A DNA stretch of 64,000 nt from Owenia fusiformis (lineage: Eukaryota): contig CAIIXF020000001.1 in assembly GCA_903813345.2 (NCBI GenBank), forward strand, positions 25,730,001-25,794,000, read 5' to 3'. The notes below the pieces were generated by a model. That model saw nothing but the letters and a program-made list of their open reading frames with translations. It did not search any database and was not told the origin of the DNA. This document shows, piece after piece, positions 22,641-38,000 of the stretch. Each line of letters starts with the position of its first letter. Position 1 is the stretch's first letter. The position numbers and the translations under genes are program-made.

Positions 22641-25600
22641 ACGTCTAGCACTCTTGTGAACGACTTTTACTCTCACTTGCCTTCAATCCAATAAAGAACC
22701 ACAAGTGTTCCTTTGTGTTTTTACTCAAAATAGTTTGAACGACGAAAAAGTCTTGAATAAAGCGAAACATCTTTTTTAAAAACTTACCAGTTCGCCCAGT
22801 TGAGCTAAGAAAGAAATACCATCCTTCTTAATATTACATACTTAATCATAACTGTAATAAAAAACATCTCGATGCAAATAAACAATAAGTGTCCCTGAAC
22901 AATGCACATACACAACATTTTAGTTATTTATTTGTTTTTACTGCTGTTTTATTGTTGTGCTATTTGTTTTTATTTGTTTGAGACAATTAAACTTATCGAA
23001 CTTATCGTGTAAGTTAGTAAAAATAGTAAAACTGCATAACGTGGTATTAAGAGCGAATATATAAATCGTTTTGAGAGAACTTTTGTAGGACCAAGGAACA
23101 ATTTTTCATAAACACATTTGTAAAATAAAGTTGGTTGACATCTTTTCTTCAACATGCATGAATTAGTGATATCAACATAATTCAGTAGGTCTCAAATGAA
23201 TAAATTTCAACAAAACAAGCGTACAAATTTGCTGAACTTCTAATCAAACTGTTCTGCATGTCAGGATTTTACATGGTTAAGCTCGTTTGTATTACCAAAG
23301 CCATTAAGATTTCCTCGAATAAAGTATATATCTGGGGTATTTTTGGAAAATAAACATGACAAGGAATGATATGAGCTCCAAATATTCTAAAGTTGAAACA
23401 ATTTTCGTCAAGGTGAAGCAGCAAAGTAATTGCTGGATCTGGTTATGGCTTTACAAGCAAGAATCTAATTAAGAGTTTTTTGTGAGCGGAAGTCATTGCC
23501 ACGGAAATATTATTCATAAAAAACAAGACAAACTAATTTTAGATTGCTAATTAGATTGACAAAGCTTATGCAGTGGATATAACGTGTGTTTACATCCTGC
23601 CCACTTAAACATTTGCAAAGCTGAATCTATTTGGAAGTATTTTAATTGATTGAATAATTCACCAGTCTCCCACCATTAAAACATATTGATGACAATATCA
23701 CATGATACCTGCATACACGAAGAAGTTACCAACATGCCCTTTTTCACTAATACAAAACTGGAAGACCATTCTTCATTTTCATAACGCAAAAAATCTTCTC
23801 ATTTCAACATCTTACGCATCTTATATCTTACACATCTTCCCGCACATCAGTCTTACATCGTAAAGTGACAGTAAAGAGAGTGAAAATTATAAAATAAATT
23901 TTCGAAAAACATGCTAATGATACAGGTGGCACGATTCAAGGGAAGCCGAATTTTGGATTTTACATGTAATGAAACTGATTTTTGATAATTTAAATAGGAA
24001 TATAAATCTATCCCAATACAATATATCTTTTAATTCTTGATTAACAGGTATTTAAGAATTCATTCATCCAATAGGAATCATGAGAATGGTAGCATTTCTC
24101 GATTTTTGCAAATATATATATATTAATAATAATGTTTTAATAATCATTTGGAATAGGCCTCTTTAACCATTGTTCGAATCCTCTGATCGGAATAGGCCTT
24201 TTTTGTTCGAATAATCATATGATCAGAATAGGTCTCTCTAACAATTGTTTGAATAATTTTATGATTACATGTCAAGTGTGGATCAGAATACGATTTCTGA
24301 TGACACAATTTGATTGGGCTAGATCAAGAACCGACTCTCGTCTAAAGAATATGGGCAAAATCTTATTGTTGCAAATGGTCGAATGTAATAATCCTACATG
24401 CCCTGTATAAAGACAAATGGGAAACCGATATTGACCCTCACATAATTAAACATGACCTAGATTAATGATGGGAATCTGTTTTCTCAGATTAATTACTCTG
24501 TTTAATGAGGTTCTGTATCTTAAATCCAATTTCAGAAAAAAATCTATGGAATTACATTTCTTTCAATATTATGCATAGTACGTTGAATTACAGCTTGAAA
24601 TAATCACTGAACTAAAACATTTACATGTAGTTGTTTTTAATAAAATACATTATATTTATTGTTTTGCCACGAACTCTATAAATCTAGCAAGTGAGCATGT
24701 ACATTGTATGTATGTTTGAAATGTATCTTTGTACAAATAATTGTAAACGTGATATGCAATACAATAAAATATCATAATATAAAATAACAGTCTACTGTAA
24801 TGAAGTAAACGTAGTGATAAAACAATTCATAAATAATATGAAATAATAAACAATTCAGCAGTTATAAAATGGCCTTTGTTTTCAACAAAAAACAACATTA
24901 TCTCCTTATTAGATCATAAGTCTAACATCAAGAACATATCGATTTTTGCAATACTACAGTTACAAGCTTGAAAAACTCCTAATATGGGTTTTTCTGGTTT
25001 GTACAAGGACTACTGTATGTGAGTCATTTTTTGATTTAAGGGAAACTATAACAAATTTTAACATTATATGATCAACATCAGACCTGTTTTTCCTTTTAAA
25101 TTATACATTATTCCATCAAATTTTACCACTCCGTATAATATGAAATATTATGACTACACAAATTATAACAGAAGTCTGGCATAGAGAGATTCATGAAAAT
25201 ACCATAGAACTATAGAATCTGCCATTTCCTCTTTTATTCCTCATTTACTATTCAACTCAATCTCTTATTAATAAAATCTGGATTTCCAATAGCTATTCTC
25301 ACAGTATTAGCATATTTAATATAGCTTCTTCTTTTTTCATACAGGTACATTGCATTCTTGACAGAGGACTCAGTCTTTTCAGATCAACCTTCCTTCTGCC
25401 TACCCAAAATTACATTACAATAGGCATTAAAAGATGCTTCATTCAAAAATCTTAAAAACTAAAACTGAGTTTTTACCCCTCAGCTACCTCACTTAAACAT
25501 AATCGCCAAGATAAAACGTTCCGTGTTGGTAGGTGTTCACTACATATACAGAGAGGGTAATTTATAAAGAAGTCAATAGAGTATGTGTGGAGGAAGAGTG

Positions 25601-26000
25601 TCCACTAAAGACAGGTGTCCACTAGAGACAGGTGTTCACTAAGACAGGTGTTCACTAAGACAGGAGTTCACTAAGACAGGTCTTACTGTATACATTCCTA
25701 CACTGACTTTCCCCTTATCTAACCATATTAACTGATTAATGGGTTGATCCTCATTAAACAGTTCATTATTAATCATTGTTGGGACAAGACTCAATCAATA
25801 ATTTAATAATAACTGTTTACTACAAGATCTCATCATTTTATGATTATCATAGGGTTTCCATCATTCTCATATTTCACCTGACAGTTGATTTCGAGATTAA
25901 TGTCACACTTGACAGCTGACATCAAGATTAATGTCTATGTGACAGCTGACATAATGATTAACGTCACCATGATAAATGTCATCATGAATACTGCCCCGAC

Positions 26001-29000
26001 TTATACTTGTATTCCAACAGCACCAGATGATTGCACAGCTGAAATGGAAAAAGTGATATCAATATTTATGAACAAGGCACAAAGGAAACAATATTACATC
26101 CAAATTATGGCAGTATGAACAAAACCTAGTGAGCTGGAGTAAATTTTGATGAAGCTTAAAGTCCAAAATGACCACATGTACATACAATTTAAAATATGAA
26201 ATGCTGAACAAGAATGGCAGGACAAATGGCTAAATAATTCAAAATGGAAGTCAGTACTAGATTTCTTTTGCCAAAATGGTAAACTTAAATTAATCCAGAA
26301 TACCTAAAAACTATTTAGTAGATTTCATACCAAGAAGCATTCCTGAAAATTTTCGATCAATCCGTCAAGCATTTTGTATAGAAATGACACCAGCCAGCAA
26401 GCTAATCAGTATTGTACTTTAAAGTACGGTAACTTATCCAGGTCTTAATTTTTGATTTATTAAGGGCATCCAGGTATATTGATTTCTATATCAGTTTTGT
26501 ATAGCATGTAGTAAACTGACATATGGGTAAGTAATGCCATGCAATATTATCTAACAATATCTGATTTTAAGCAAGCACTATTCAATCCAATACAAGTATA
26601 TTGATCTGACATCTTTCAAAAGCAATTTCATTGATAAATAATTAAATATAAAAATCATAGGTCACTGACTTACCGGTAGTTTTTTATTATTGCTCTTCAA
26701 AAAATAATTACATGTTTTTGTTGCTAATTATGTACCAAAGTGCAACAGAAATATATCAAAAATCCCATTATTTGGTATAATTAGACTCCAGATTGAAAAT
26801 CTGGAGTCTATTGTTCTCGTCAGTTTTCTTATTCTTCTTCTTCTTCTTCTTCTTCTTCTTATTATTATTATTCTAAACCAGTTTTCTCAATAACCATAAA
26901 ATGTTCAGTAAAGTCAGTCATTTGGTCAATTTAGGTCCAGAATCTAGTTCCTCGGAAATTGGGTCAAATTTTTATCTAGGTCAAAGGTCAAGAACTAGGT
27001 CAAATCCAGTACTTTGTCACTTTTTTCGATTTTCTCGGTCGTCCTTCAATATTTTCGATCCAGGTTTTTTTCATTGTGTTCCTTATAAAAAAGTAGGAAA
27101 CCTAGGTTCGATTTAGTTTTTTGATATCTCAAACCGATTTCGAGATATCAGTGTCCGAAAACGAGGTCCAAAACAAAGTTCTCCGAATCAAATGTCCAGG
27201 ATATTAGTCTTATAGAAAATTTTCTCAGGATTCCGAATCTGAAAACGAAATTTGGATCTGACTTCCAGTTCGGAAGTTATGGCGTTTTGAAAACTCAAAA
27301 ATCGCTAAATTTGGTGCCCATGTTAAGTCAATGGGAAAAAATATTTTTTTGAAGTGAAAAATACGGAATATAGACTGAGTTCAGCTTCATATAATCAAAG
27401 CCTTTAAAAGAAGGGGACCTCAAAAGCCATCTAGCTTCACAATTTGGACACCCAAATGCCTAGGTCAAAATCTAGGTCAAATTCATAGGTTTTCCTTATT
27501 TTTTCGATTCTGACACTACACTTTAATTATATTCTTCGAAATTGTGTATACATGTAGCCAAGAATATGCTAATAGTGTTAGCCTTTTGCCGTCAGAAAGT
27601 ATTTTGACCCACTTTTGAGATATGGTGTCCGAAAAGTAGGTCAAAATAAAATGTTCTCCAAATTGAATATATGAGTTATGAATTAAGGGTAGAATTCTGT
27701 CAGGAATCCGAATCTGCAAACCAAATTTCGATCCAACTTCCGGTTCGGAAGTTATGGCGTGTCCGAAAAGTAGGTCAAAATAAAAAATCTCCAAATTTAA
27801 CGTATGAGTTATGAATTAGGGGTAGAAATTTGTCAGGAATCCGAATCTGCAAACCACATTTCGATCCGACTTCCGGTTCGGGAGTGATAGCGTTTTAAAA
27901 TTTCGAGAAAAATCGATCTGATGGTATCCTGATAGAAAGTCAAGAGTAGAGAAGAAAATATTGAAAAATTCATCCATCCTTCCTCTCTCATCCTACCCTA
28001 TCCTTCCTATCTATCCTTCCTTCATATCTTTTCCTTCCTATCCTTCCTATCCTATCCTTTCTTCCTATTCTATTCTATCCTATCCTTCTTTCTTATTCTA
28101 TCCTATCGTTCTTTCCTATTCTATCCTATCCTACCTTCCTATTTTATTTATCCATCTCTTTCTAGATGACTCAGCTTATTCTGGATGACTCGGCTTATTC
28201 TGGATGACTCGGCTAAAAAAAGTCTAGATCTGGAGTCTGAAATTGAACTTCGTTCAATTTCCAAAATCTAGTTACTATTACTATACTATACTGTGTGGTA
28301 TCACAATATTGATATGTCCTAAGCCTGAACACTCATCAAATCATTTTTCCTAGCTACAGCATGCCAGCTTCTACCAGTGTAACTAACTTGCATAGCTGCA
28401 GGAGATATATCACTTACATTTGGCAGCTTTAGGGTGTTATCCAATGGCAACTGGAGATATCTTACTTAAATCTTGCAGTTATGACTGCATCAGATATTTG
28501 ACTTATGTTAAGCATTAACAGCTACGAATGTAATTCCATGGCTGTAGGAGATATCTGACTAACATTTCCAGCTAATAATGTTATCCCATGACTGTTTAAG
28601 ATATTTGACTTACATTTAACAGCTACGAGTGTAATCCCATGGCTGTAGGAGATATCTGACAAACATTTCCAGCTAATAATGTTTTCCCATGACTGTCAAA
28701 GATATCTGACTTACATTTAACAGCTACGAGTGTAATCCCATGGCTGTAGGAGATATCTGACTAACATTTCCAGCTAATAATGTTATCCCATGACTGTTGG
28801 AGATATTTGACTAACATTGAACAGCTACACACATAATCCCATAGCTGGTGGTGATATTTGACTAACATTTCCAGCTCATAATGTTATCCCATGACTGTTG
28901 GAGATATTTGACTAACATTGAACAGCTACACACGTAATCCCATGGCTGCTGGTGATATCTGACTAACATTTCCAGCTAATAAAATTATCCAATGGCTGTA

Positions 29001-32000
29001 TAATATATTTGACTTACGTTTGGCAGCTAAGAGTGTTATCCCATGGCTGCATGAGAGAGAGGTCACTTCAAGTGTCTCATCTAAGAGGTCCAGAGGAAGC
29101 CGCACTTGTTTAGGTATCCCAGAATCTGGATCATTCCTCCCAAGCCTCCCCCTTGCTGGTTTACCCCATGAGTATATCTTCCCTTCTATAATACACAAAT
29201 AACATTTCATTACCTTTAACGAAACATTGTAAATCAGAATCATTAATTCTGTAAAACACTCAATTCAAGTTGGGACTCAGGTACAGACATGGAAGTTGAC
29301 AAGGGTGGGCAAAAGTTATATAGCTGGATTATTAAGGCAGTTTTGGCAAAATCTGTGAGAAATCCTCTCAAGAACAATATCTTATCTTGATAGTAGGATA
29401 AAATCAGCCCATATTACTGAGAGATATTGGAGTGTTCTAAATTTGGAGTGGATAAGTCAAAAATGTTTATGATCAATCAATCCCAGGATTGAGCACTGAA
29501 TGGGAGGACATCATCCAATTATAAGTCACTTGACCCTAGTGAGCGGGAAATCACAAATTTTGGAGAACAAAACATTTTTTGCTTCGTTAAACTTGTACAC
29601 CATTGTGCTTGGGGAGTTGGTATTTCAGATTTGTAAGTTTTAATTATTAACATTTCAATCCATCTATATTGCTTTAAGTACACTAGTCCTCCCTCTTGCG
29701 TTGAAAGATATTGTGGGCTCTATTTCAAAAAAAATGCTGGCCAATATTCTAAAAATTAGGCTTTTGTTGAAAATGAGGCCTGTATGAAGCTGCTAAATGG
29801 GCATTTTAGGAGTACAACAGTATGAAAAGTTATGTGCACACAGCACATTCAACAAAACATTCTAAAATTGATTTAACGTTCTAGCTTGAGGTCTTTAATG
29901 ATTTGTACAATGTCATCAAATTATTACTGAGTTACTAAAAATGTAATAGTGTGTTTTGCGGGATTAATAATAAAACTGATCATACTTTCAGTGATGGCGA
30001 CAGTGAATGTATCTCCACAGCCAACATGTGTAACACGCTCCATCTGTAATGTCTTCACTAGGCCTGGTGATCTATCTGGACAGACATCATGGCCTAATTG
30101 GCCAAACTGGTTAGTTCCAAATGTGTACAACTGGCCATCCTCTAAACAAGAACAGAAGTTAATAATTTTATAGCAACTTTTCCAAAAACAGTTAGGCTAT
30201 TATGTAAATCTGAAAATTTATGTTTCTCCTCAAAACACAAGAATTAGAAATACAGCAATTATACAACTATTTGAAAAGAAAGGTAATAATTAGTACTAAT
30301 AATTAGTACAGTAAATCAATAAAGGCCACCTCTTTCATAATGTATACAATCCCTACCTGATATTGCAGCAGTATGTGACGTCCCCATATCCACAGACTTT
30401 ACTGAAATATCGCCTATAGGTGGGGCAGTGACTAGAGTAAAACAATTCACCTCATCAATTTGTTGGACTTTGCTTCCAGTTGTAACATCAAGACTGAGTT
30501 TGTTGAACCTAAGATAAGTGTAAAGAAGTCAATTAGATATGCAAACTCCCGCCGCAGTGGTATATCACTGCGGCGGGCAGGTATCTCACCGTACAACTGA
30601 CATGATTGGTTCTAGTCCCATGCTCAGGTCGTGTGATTGTGAAAATTGACCACATATATGATGAAAAGGGGAACTATTTTCACCAAATTTTGGAGATTTT
30701 CTTCATCTGCCCGTCGCAGTGTCTACCGAGACACTGCATGGGAGTTCGTTAGATATGTAAATCAAAGCGTACATGACTAAAGTTGAAAGCATGATTGTCT
30801 CAATTTTCTTGTTAATTCTGATGGCTGTCTTGTAAAAAGTGTGAATCACCAAATAAGAGCAGGCACCAAATATACCCAGTTTACAATACATGTATTTAGT
30901 AATACCTGTTATTTCCACAGCAGAGCATCTTTCTCTCTAAGGTTAACACAACGGAGCCATCTACTCCACAATGTACAGAGCATGGCTTGTATTTCTCAGG
31001 CAGGGGCACCTCCTGGGGACTGTTATGTGACTCTTGACTACCTAGACCAAGCCTCCCTGGAATATTTTATCATTTATCATCATATTGACATAGACGTAGA
31101 GAATTGCATGTATAACTGTAGAAAAACACTTTTAATTGGGACTTATGGGAACCCTGTATACACCTATACAAGCGTGCATACTTCTACCGCTTTTATGTTT
31201 TTAGGTTTGCTAAGTGAAAGGTTCATTTAATGATGCAGGCCAACAAACCTAATAAATTACATTTGGACAAGGGAGTAAATGTTCATCATTATGATTTTGA
31301 TTTGTTATTACTCTCATCATTCCAAGTATTTAAGCTTACAAAAGGAGTTGGGTAAACTAGCAACAGAGAGTGCCCCAATTGAAGTGTGAAAAAACTTTTT
31401 TTAAGAATAGGAGAAAAAAACATCAGAAATGCATAGATTGAAGTCTATATTTTTGGGTAGTATTTTTTAAAAAATTTAGAAAAAATTGTTACGGTGTCTG
31501 GAGACCTTCAAAGAGGGTGGGGGCCAGAAGGAAAAAAATTCACATATTTTGCAACCCTCTTGATGAATTCCAATTTACTCAGCTATGAATGAATGTTTTT
31601 GATTTATCTGTCCAGGATTATATAAATATATATTTATTTGATCCACAATACAATTGATTTAAACAATATGTACAGTTTAGAGGTAAGTAAAGCTTTGAAA
31701 GGACATTTCATGCTGAGTCTGGGTGACATTTTTATTCACTGGAGGTAGTAATCCTTTGAGTGTTTTCACATAGAGCATAACAAGTCTCCACTCTAATAAG
31801 TGCTTCTTTAGTTACATAAATGTTATATTGTTGCATACAAAGAATAATTTTGATGGAGACTTATTATGCTCGATGTGAATTTTAGAACTTTATAGAAAAT
31901 TTTGCCTGCCATTTTTGTTGATTATTCAAAATGGCCAAATGCTATTCATGCTGCATATGTAGGAAGCAGGTAAATTCTCCTAGAAAACGGAGAAAGGTTA

Positions 32001-35000
32001 CAAAAGATTTAGCTTCACAAGTCAAGAATGCCAAAGTGGTTATATGTGCACAACATCTGAATCAGGTAGTTCAAGTGATGATGAGTAAAACTAATCAGAA
32101 AATGTTTCATTGTTATTTCATTAACAAGCCAATGATGAAATGTGTTGAGATTTTAGATGTTTTTCACCTTTTAGGTGATCTCCAAGAAGTGATTATCTCC
32201 GTTATGTGTACTTACTGTTTCCTAGACATTATCAGAATGATTGATAATAAACTGAATAGTTGCTTTAAAATTATGTTGAATAATATCATTATGTTGAATT
32301 ATAATATATACAGTGTGTGTTTAGTGTGTGGTTTTTAGCATACCATATGTCGCTAACAGGAAGCAGGACATATTTTTCATAAAAAATAAACATTACTTTA
32401 GAGTCAAATCATAAAATGTACATTCTGAATTTAAATGAATTAAAAATAATAAAGTATTTTCATTATTTTAGGTACTTTTGTTCTCTTTCAGTGTTGCGTG
32501 GGAAGGGCGGAATATATTAATATAAATATCTCATTATTGGCAAATTGCCAATTTACTATATATTGTAATTCCAACCTCTATGAGACTAAATTCCTACAGA
32601 TATTTGTGATATTTTAACCAAAAAAGTATATTTTGGTAGAAAATAATGAATTTTTTTAATTTGACCTTGACCTGGGGAATATGACCTTGACCTAAATTTT
32701 CATACATTTTTGAAACACATATATCACATAGATTAATAAAATAAAGAGAAAACTTGAAAATCAGGTGGGGCTTAAAATGGCCTTGTTTACCCAACTCCTT
32801 TGAACCAAATCTATCAACTGGTAAATAAATAATTGAATTTTATTTGAGTTAAAATTAAGATTTTGGATATTGAAACATTGGACCTATCTCTAACGGAAAT
32901 GTTAAGACATGCAAAGAACTAACCATTATCTCCTCGCCCCCATGCAAATACTTCATGCTCATTGGTCACTGCAAGGACATGTGATGCACCGCAAGACACC
33001 TGAGCAACCTCGTAACCTAGCAATGCTTCAACAATTTTAGCCTGAAAGATGTGTTTGTGCAAACTGTAAAGTCTGTAAGATAAATGCAGCATACAATTTA
33101 CTGTAAACTGTAGGCTAAAATACTGTTGCATTTACATAATCAAAGAAACAATTTTACATTCAATGTCACTCAATTTATATGAGGACTGAATCAGGTGCTA
33201 ATAAATTATATGTTTATCAGGAAGTAATAAGTATACAGAATTCTGACCTGTGAAACATCATGGTGATTTCCATGGCCTAGGCATCCATTAGCACCACTAC
33301 CAAATGTCATTAGGATACCACGATCTGGAATATCACAGGAAATTGAAAATAACATTTCATAATCAAGATTCTTCTCAAGTCTTTCAATATTAGACCTCAA
33401 CTGTTAGTATATTTGCTTGTAAATTGACTTTAATGTTTAAATGTTTAAATAGATGTCACATTATACATATTACTAGTGTCTGAAAAAAGGCAGGGCATAG
33501 TGAACTCAAATTATGATGGATTTATAAAAACTATGTTATAAGGCAATGCAAATGATCAAGTATTCATTTTTGTGATATTCAAAAATATTCAATAGTAAAA
33601 TATCCATTTGCAATTTCACTTCATATACATAGTATATAAACATATATCAAAAAAAAACATGTATAACAAAACAGACCAAATATATATTATATATTTGATC
33701 TGTTTATGTTCTCATATCCCTCGCATGATTTTTCATGTATTGTCATTATATTGCATATTTGATATAACATTCAAAATGCAATTTTGAACATTTTGAAGAT
33801 TTTTGAACATTTAGAGCTTTTAGAGTTTTCCCAAGCAGAAAATGTTCTCTAAATGTAAGGAATATTTAATATTTCAGCTTAATTGAGAAAGTTAGTCAAA
33901 GATAGAAGGTTGAATTTTTGGGCCTACCCTTCATTATCTTTATGATTTCTCATTTATGAACCACAAACATTTACATGTACCCTACCTGTCAAGCAAGCTG
34001 TAAAAAGATCGCCACAAGCTACATGTTGTATTGCCACAGCTGACTGGCCCTCCAGATAGCGGGGCACAAATGCAGGACATTGAGAGCCATCTATTGCACC
34101 AGGGATATCTGCACCAATACCTGGGGCCTAAAAATAAACAATAATTTAAATACACCTGAACAGTGCAAGGAATATAAACATGTTAGTGAAGTAAATATAC
34201 CCATTCTCCAAACTTTGTCTTCAAAATGAAAGAGAGAAACAACCCTAGACTTAGGATGGATATGTAAATATGACTGTCAGATAGACTGTTACTGAAAACC
34301 ATTTAAGTGCCTGATAATAAGGTGGAATGTATGAGACACCTACCTCCCACACAAACAACCTGCCATTTTTAGTCACAGCACCTTTCTGTGAGCGTCCCGT
34401 AGATATCTGAGTAATTTGTGTGTCTGAGCTAGGAACTGGTAGCTTGTTGGGGGTCATGATGCCTCCACCCCAAGTGTATACAGAGCTGAGGGCCTTAGAC
34501 TGGAGCACATCTTGGGGGTCAAGGAATATCCCCACTCCAGTGCCTAGAAATACATATGAAATAACATATATCTAAAATTAATTTTCAAATTGAGATAGTC
34601 AATTATTAGAAAAACATAATTTCTTGATATACTCTTCTGGGATCTCTTGAAACATGATGGTACACAAGTAACACACAAAAACACTCCATTTTAGATGCAT
34701 ACCACTGGCGAATCTTGGGGGGGGGGCAGAAAAAAAATTGGGCCCACAAAAATTTTGGGTGAAAAAAGGCCTTAAGGCCCCAATAAGTGGGCCTTTTTGG
34801 TCATTACTGGGCCTTTCAAGGCCTTATTTTTTAATTTCAGGCCAAATTTTGAAGAAAATGGGCCTCAAAATTTGGGCCCACTTTTGGGTTTTAGGGGCCC
34901 AGATTGTTTTCTGCCATGAATGAATTTATAACCATAAAAGTATACCAAGGGAGGAAGGAAGAGAGTAAACAAGCAAACAGTGATTTCACAAATCATTTCA

Positions 35001-38000
35001 CTCTTAACATTGCCCTACCATATGTTGACTTAAGCTTGATCAAAGAGATCAAAGAGCCCTCAAATTATCTTATGCATATTTTATACAATTCAAACACTTG
35101 AGATATTTGGTTAAATATTCATCTTCCTTGATCAGGTATCAATTTATTGGAAACAGCAAATTAAATCTACATATTCATATGTATTCCAATACAAGCAATT
35201 CCAATTATGTAATATCAATCCAAAGAAGGACAACTTTAACATCTGCTTCTTACAAAATTGTTCACAATATGACATCATTAATTTAAATCAACAACATAGA
35301 AATAATAGAGAGGAAGTCCATTGACATGTATCTATTCTCGATGGCAGAGGTTAAATGCAAAAGTCTTGGAGTCATTTTATCACACTAGTAAAATCAAATT
35401 AGAAAAATGTAAGCAATGATACTATAATAATTGATAATATGAAAAATAAACTTGCAATAAAAGACAATAAGAGTATAAAAAAAGTAAGTATAAGAGAAGC
35501 ATATTGTCTTGGATAACGAGTCAAGAAAAAAGACTTAACTAATGACCATACATATTTCATTTAATGTGATTAAACTGTATTATGGCATTGCCTACTGCCT
35601 CAACACACAGCAGCAAAGAAACAAACCATCTGGACTCTATATTGGAGGATGGAAAACTAGAGAAAACATTCCTAGATTTCAGTGGGAAAACAACAGCACA
35701 TGGATGTGGACAAATAGCAAAAGCAAAGTATAAGATATTAAAGCTTATCTGGATGGTCATATTTTTTGGAGCACTGTCATTTGCTACATACAGCTCTGGC
35801 ATAATGTTTATGAAGTACTATAAATATCCAACGAAAGATGTTGTTTCCCTTACCTATGATGATTTGGAATTTCCATCAGTTACATTTTGCAATTTACAAC
35901 CATTTGCTCTAAGCAGTACAATAACATTTTCACCAGATGATATCCTTGGGCCAAATAACACACTGACTGCATTGCTGCAATTCATGTTCAATGTTAGAAG
36001 TATTTTCATCAATCCTAACAAGCTAGGGCTTGGTGATATGTTCCAGAGATATTTAAATAGGATCATATCTTATCAATTTGTTTATGAGAATGTAAATGCA
36101 TATGAAACTGAGCCATATGTACATGATTTGAAAAATTTCCTGATCGGTTGTACTTTCAAAGGGGAGCAATGTAACAGAAGCATGTTTGTACTTCAGAAAG
36201 ACAGCCACTATCACAACTGCTACACTTTCAATGGAATTGGCTCTAATAACTTCAACAAGAATGTATCCAAGACTGACCCAGGCTCAGGGCTAAGCTTAGT
36301 TGTCTTTACAGATACATATACCGACACTTTAACATCGGACCCAGGTGTTATCTACAATCCATCAGACCCTACAAGCGGCAACAATGGAATCCGTGTGATT
36401 GTACACAGTCCAAAAACCAGGCCTGCACCAGTGGATAAAGGTTTTGATGTCCCTAATGGTTTTTCAACTACAGTAGCATTGCGAGCCACTAGGAGAACGT
36501 TGCTTACAGAACCACATGGTGATTGCACAACTGACGCATCAAATAAAGGTACTGAGTATCGTTACACCACTGACATCTGCTATGAGCAATGTCATCAGGA
36601 CATCATCACTCAAAAATGTGGATGTAAGTCATCTCATTTTATTCCTCCAAGAAATGAGACAGGTTTTCAATATTGTGGAAAACTCAACATAACAAACCTT
36701 CTTTCAGGAGATGATACGAGTAAAGAAAGTATACTGGAGGATTTCACACATCTGGAATGTGAGAAAAGTGTGATTGATACATTCTGGTCTAATGTTACGA
36801 TGGTCTCTAAATGTAACTGTCGACCACCTTGTAACAGTACATACTATATTAAGACAACATCACAAGCTGTATGGCCAAATGAATTCACACAACAAAGTTT
36901 CTACAAAACCTATGTGAATATCACTGACTCAACTGCACGTCCAAATATTCTATTCCAAGGTCTCACCCCTAAAGAGATCAAAGATAGAGGACTCATTCAG
37001 AAAAACTTTCTGAGGTTAAACATCTATTTTGAAGATTTACAAGTAGAAGAAACATCCCAAGAGGCTGATTACCCAATCACACAAGTGATATCAGACATTG
37101 GAGGGAACATGGGATTTTATGTGGGCGTCTCTGTCATTACACTAGTGGAGTTCCTCTCCCTTATTGGAGCCCTTCTCCTCATCTTCTTTAAGAGTTGCAT
37201 CAAGGCAGGTGGGAAACTTAGGGAAGCCAAAGTATCAGATGTGAACATTCAACCTGCACATTCCCTTGAGAATAAACTAGGGGCTCAATACACATATGAA
37301 TATAAAAGCTACAATGATATGATATCCAGATAAAAATGGTATGAAAAGTGGGGATACACAGAACAAAATATCATGACAATAGACATGATAGATGATGGCA
37401 AATACAGTCAGTAAAATGTGCATAGCGTATGGAATGACTTTTACATTTTTGGTGAAATTGTTCCATTATAATGAAATAAGATGTTCCTTATAGAGAGGAT
37501 TCATATTTCACACCAATTATTCTGTTTGACAAAGAATATTGGCATCAAAGATGTATCAATATGATAGAACAGAAAACGATTTCAAGTAAAATTACTAAAT
37601 GGATAATTTTATACATGAAGTTTGTATGAACACATCCTCCAAAACATTGTTTACTTTCTTTGTACAGACATTGAATGGTATTTCTTGATAATGAATTGGT
37701 GTTTATCTGATTACTAAAAGATGCGGAGCATCCTATTTTGGCAACTTAAATGTGTTGTTAGTTTACATATTTTCGTTTAATTCATGCTGAGCACAGCTTT
37801 ACGGTTATGATTTCATAATCTCTTACATGACAAACAGTTCTGATCAGTTAAAAATCTTAACGATAAAAATTTGCTCATGTGAAATCTAATATTGAAGCAA
37901 TTTTTTTCAAATATTTCGACCATAAAATGTCATTTATCTTGTTTTGTTTAAACCTTAAAATATATTTCAAACATATGATTTTCATTTCAACTCTTCATTG

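Noticed and set aside
23400-23800. Possible Penelope/GIY-YIG retroelement remnant (NNSPVSHH-like peptide)
   Set aside because: Only a few residues of resemblance amid stops; cannot be supported without a search.
27961-28188. S/Y/P/I/L-rich ORF
   Set aside because: Translation of a TCCTA microsatellite inside a Helentron-type element.
30841-32338. Plus-strand ORFs of 129 aa and 135 aa as further nested genes
   Set aside because: The first is the antisense of NEK8 exon 12; the second has no recognisable motif or splice support.
35557-36066. Minus-strand ORFs overlapping the channel gene as extra NEK8 exons
   Set aside because: NEK8 exons 7 and 8 already join in frame; these ORFs are antisense shadows of the channel CDS.
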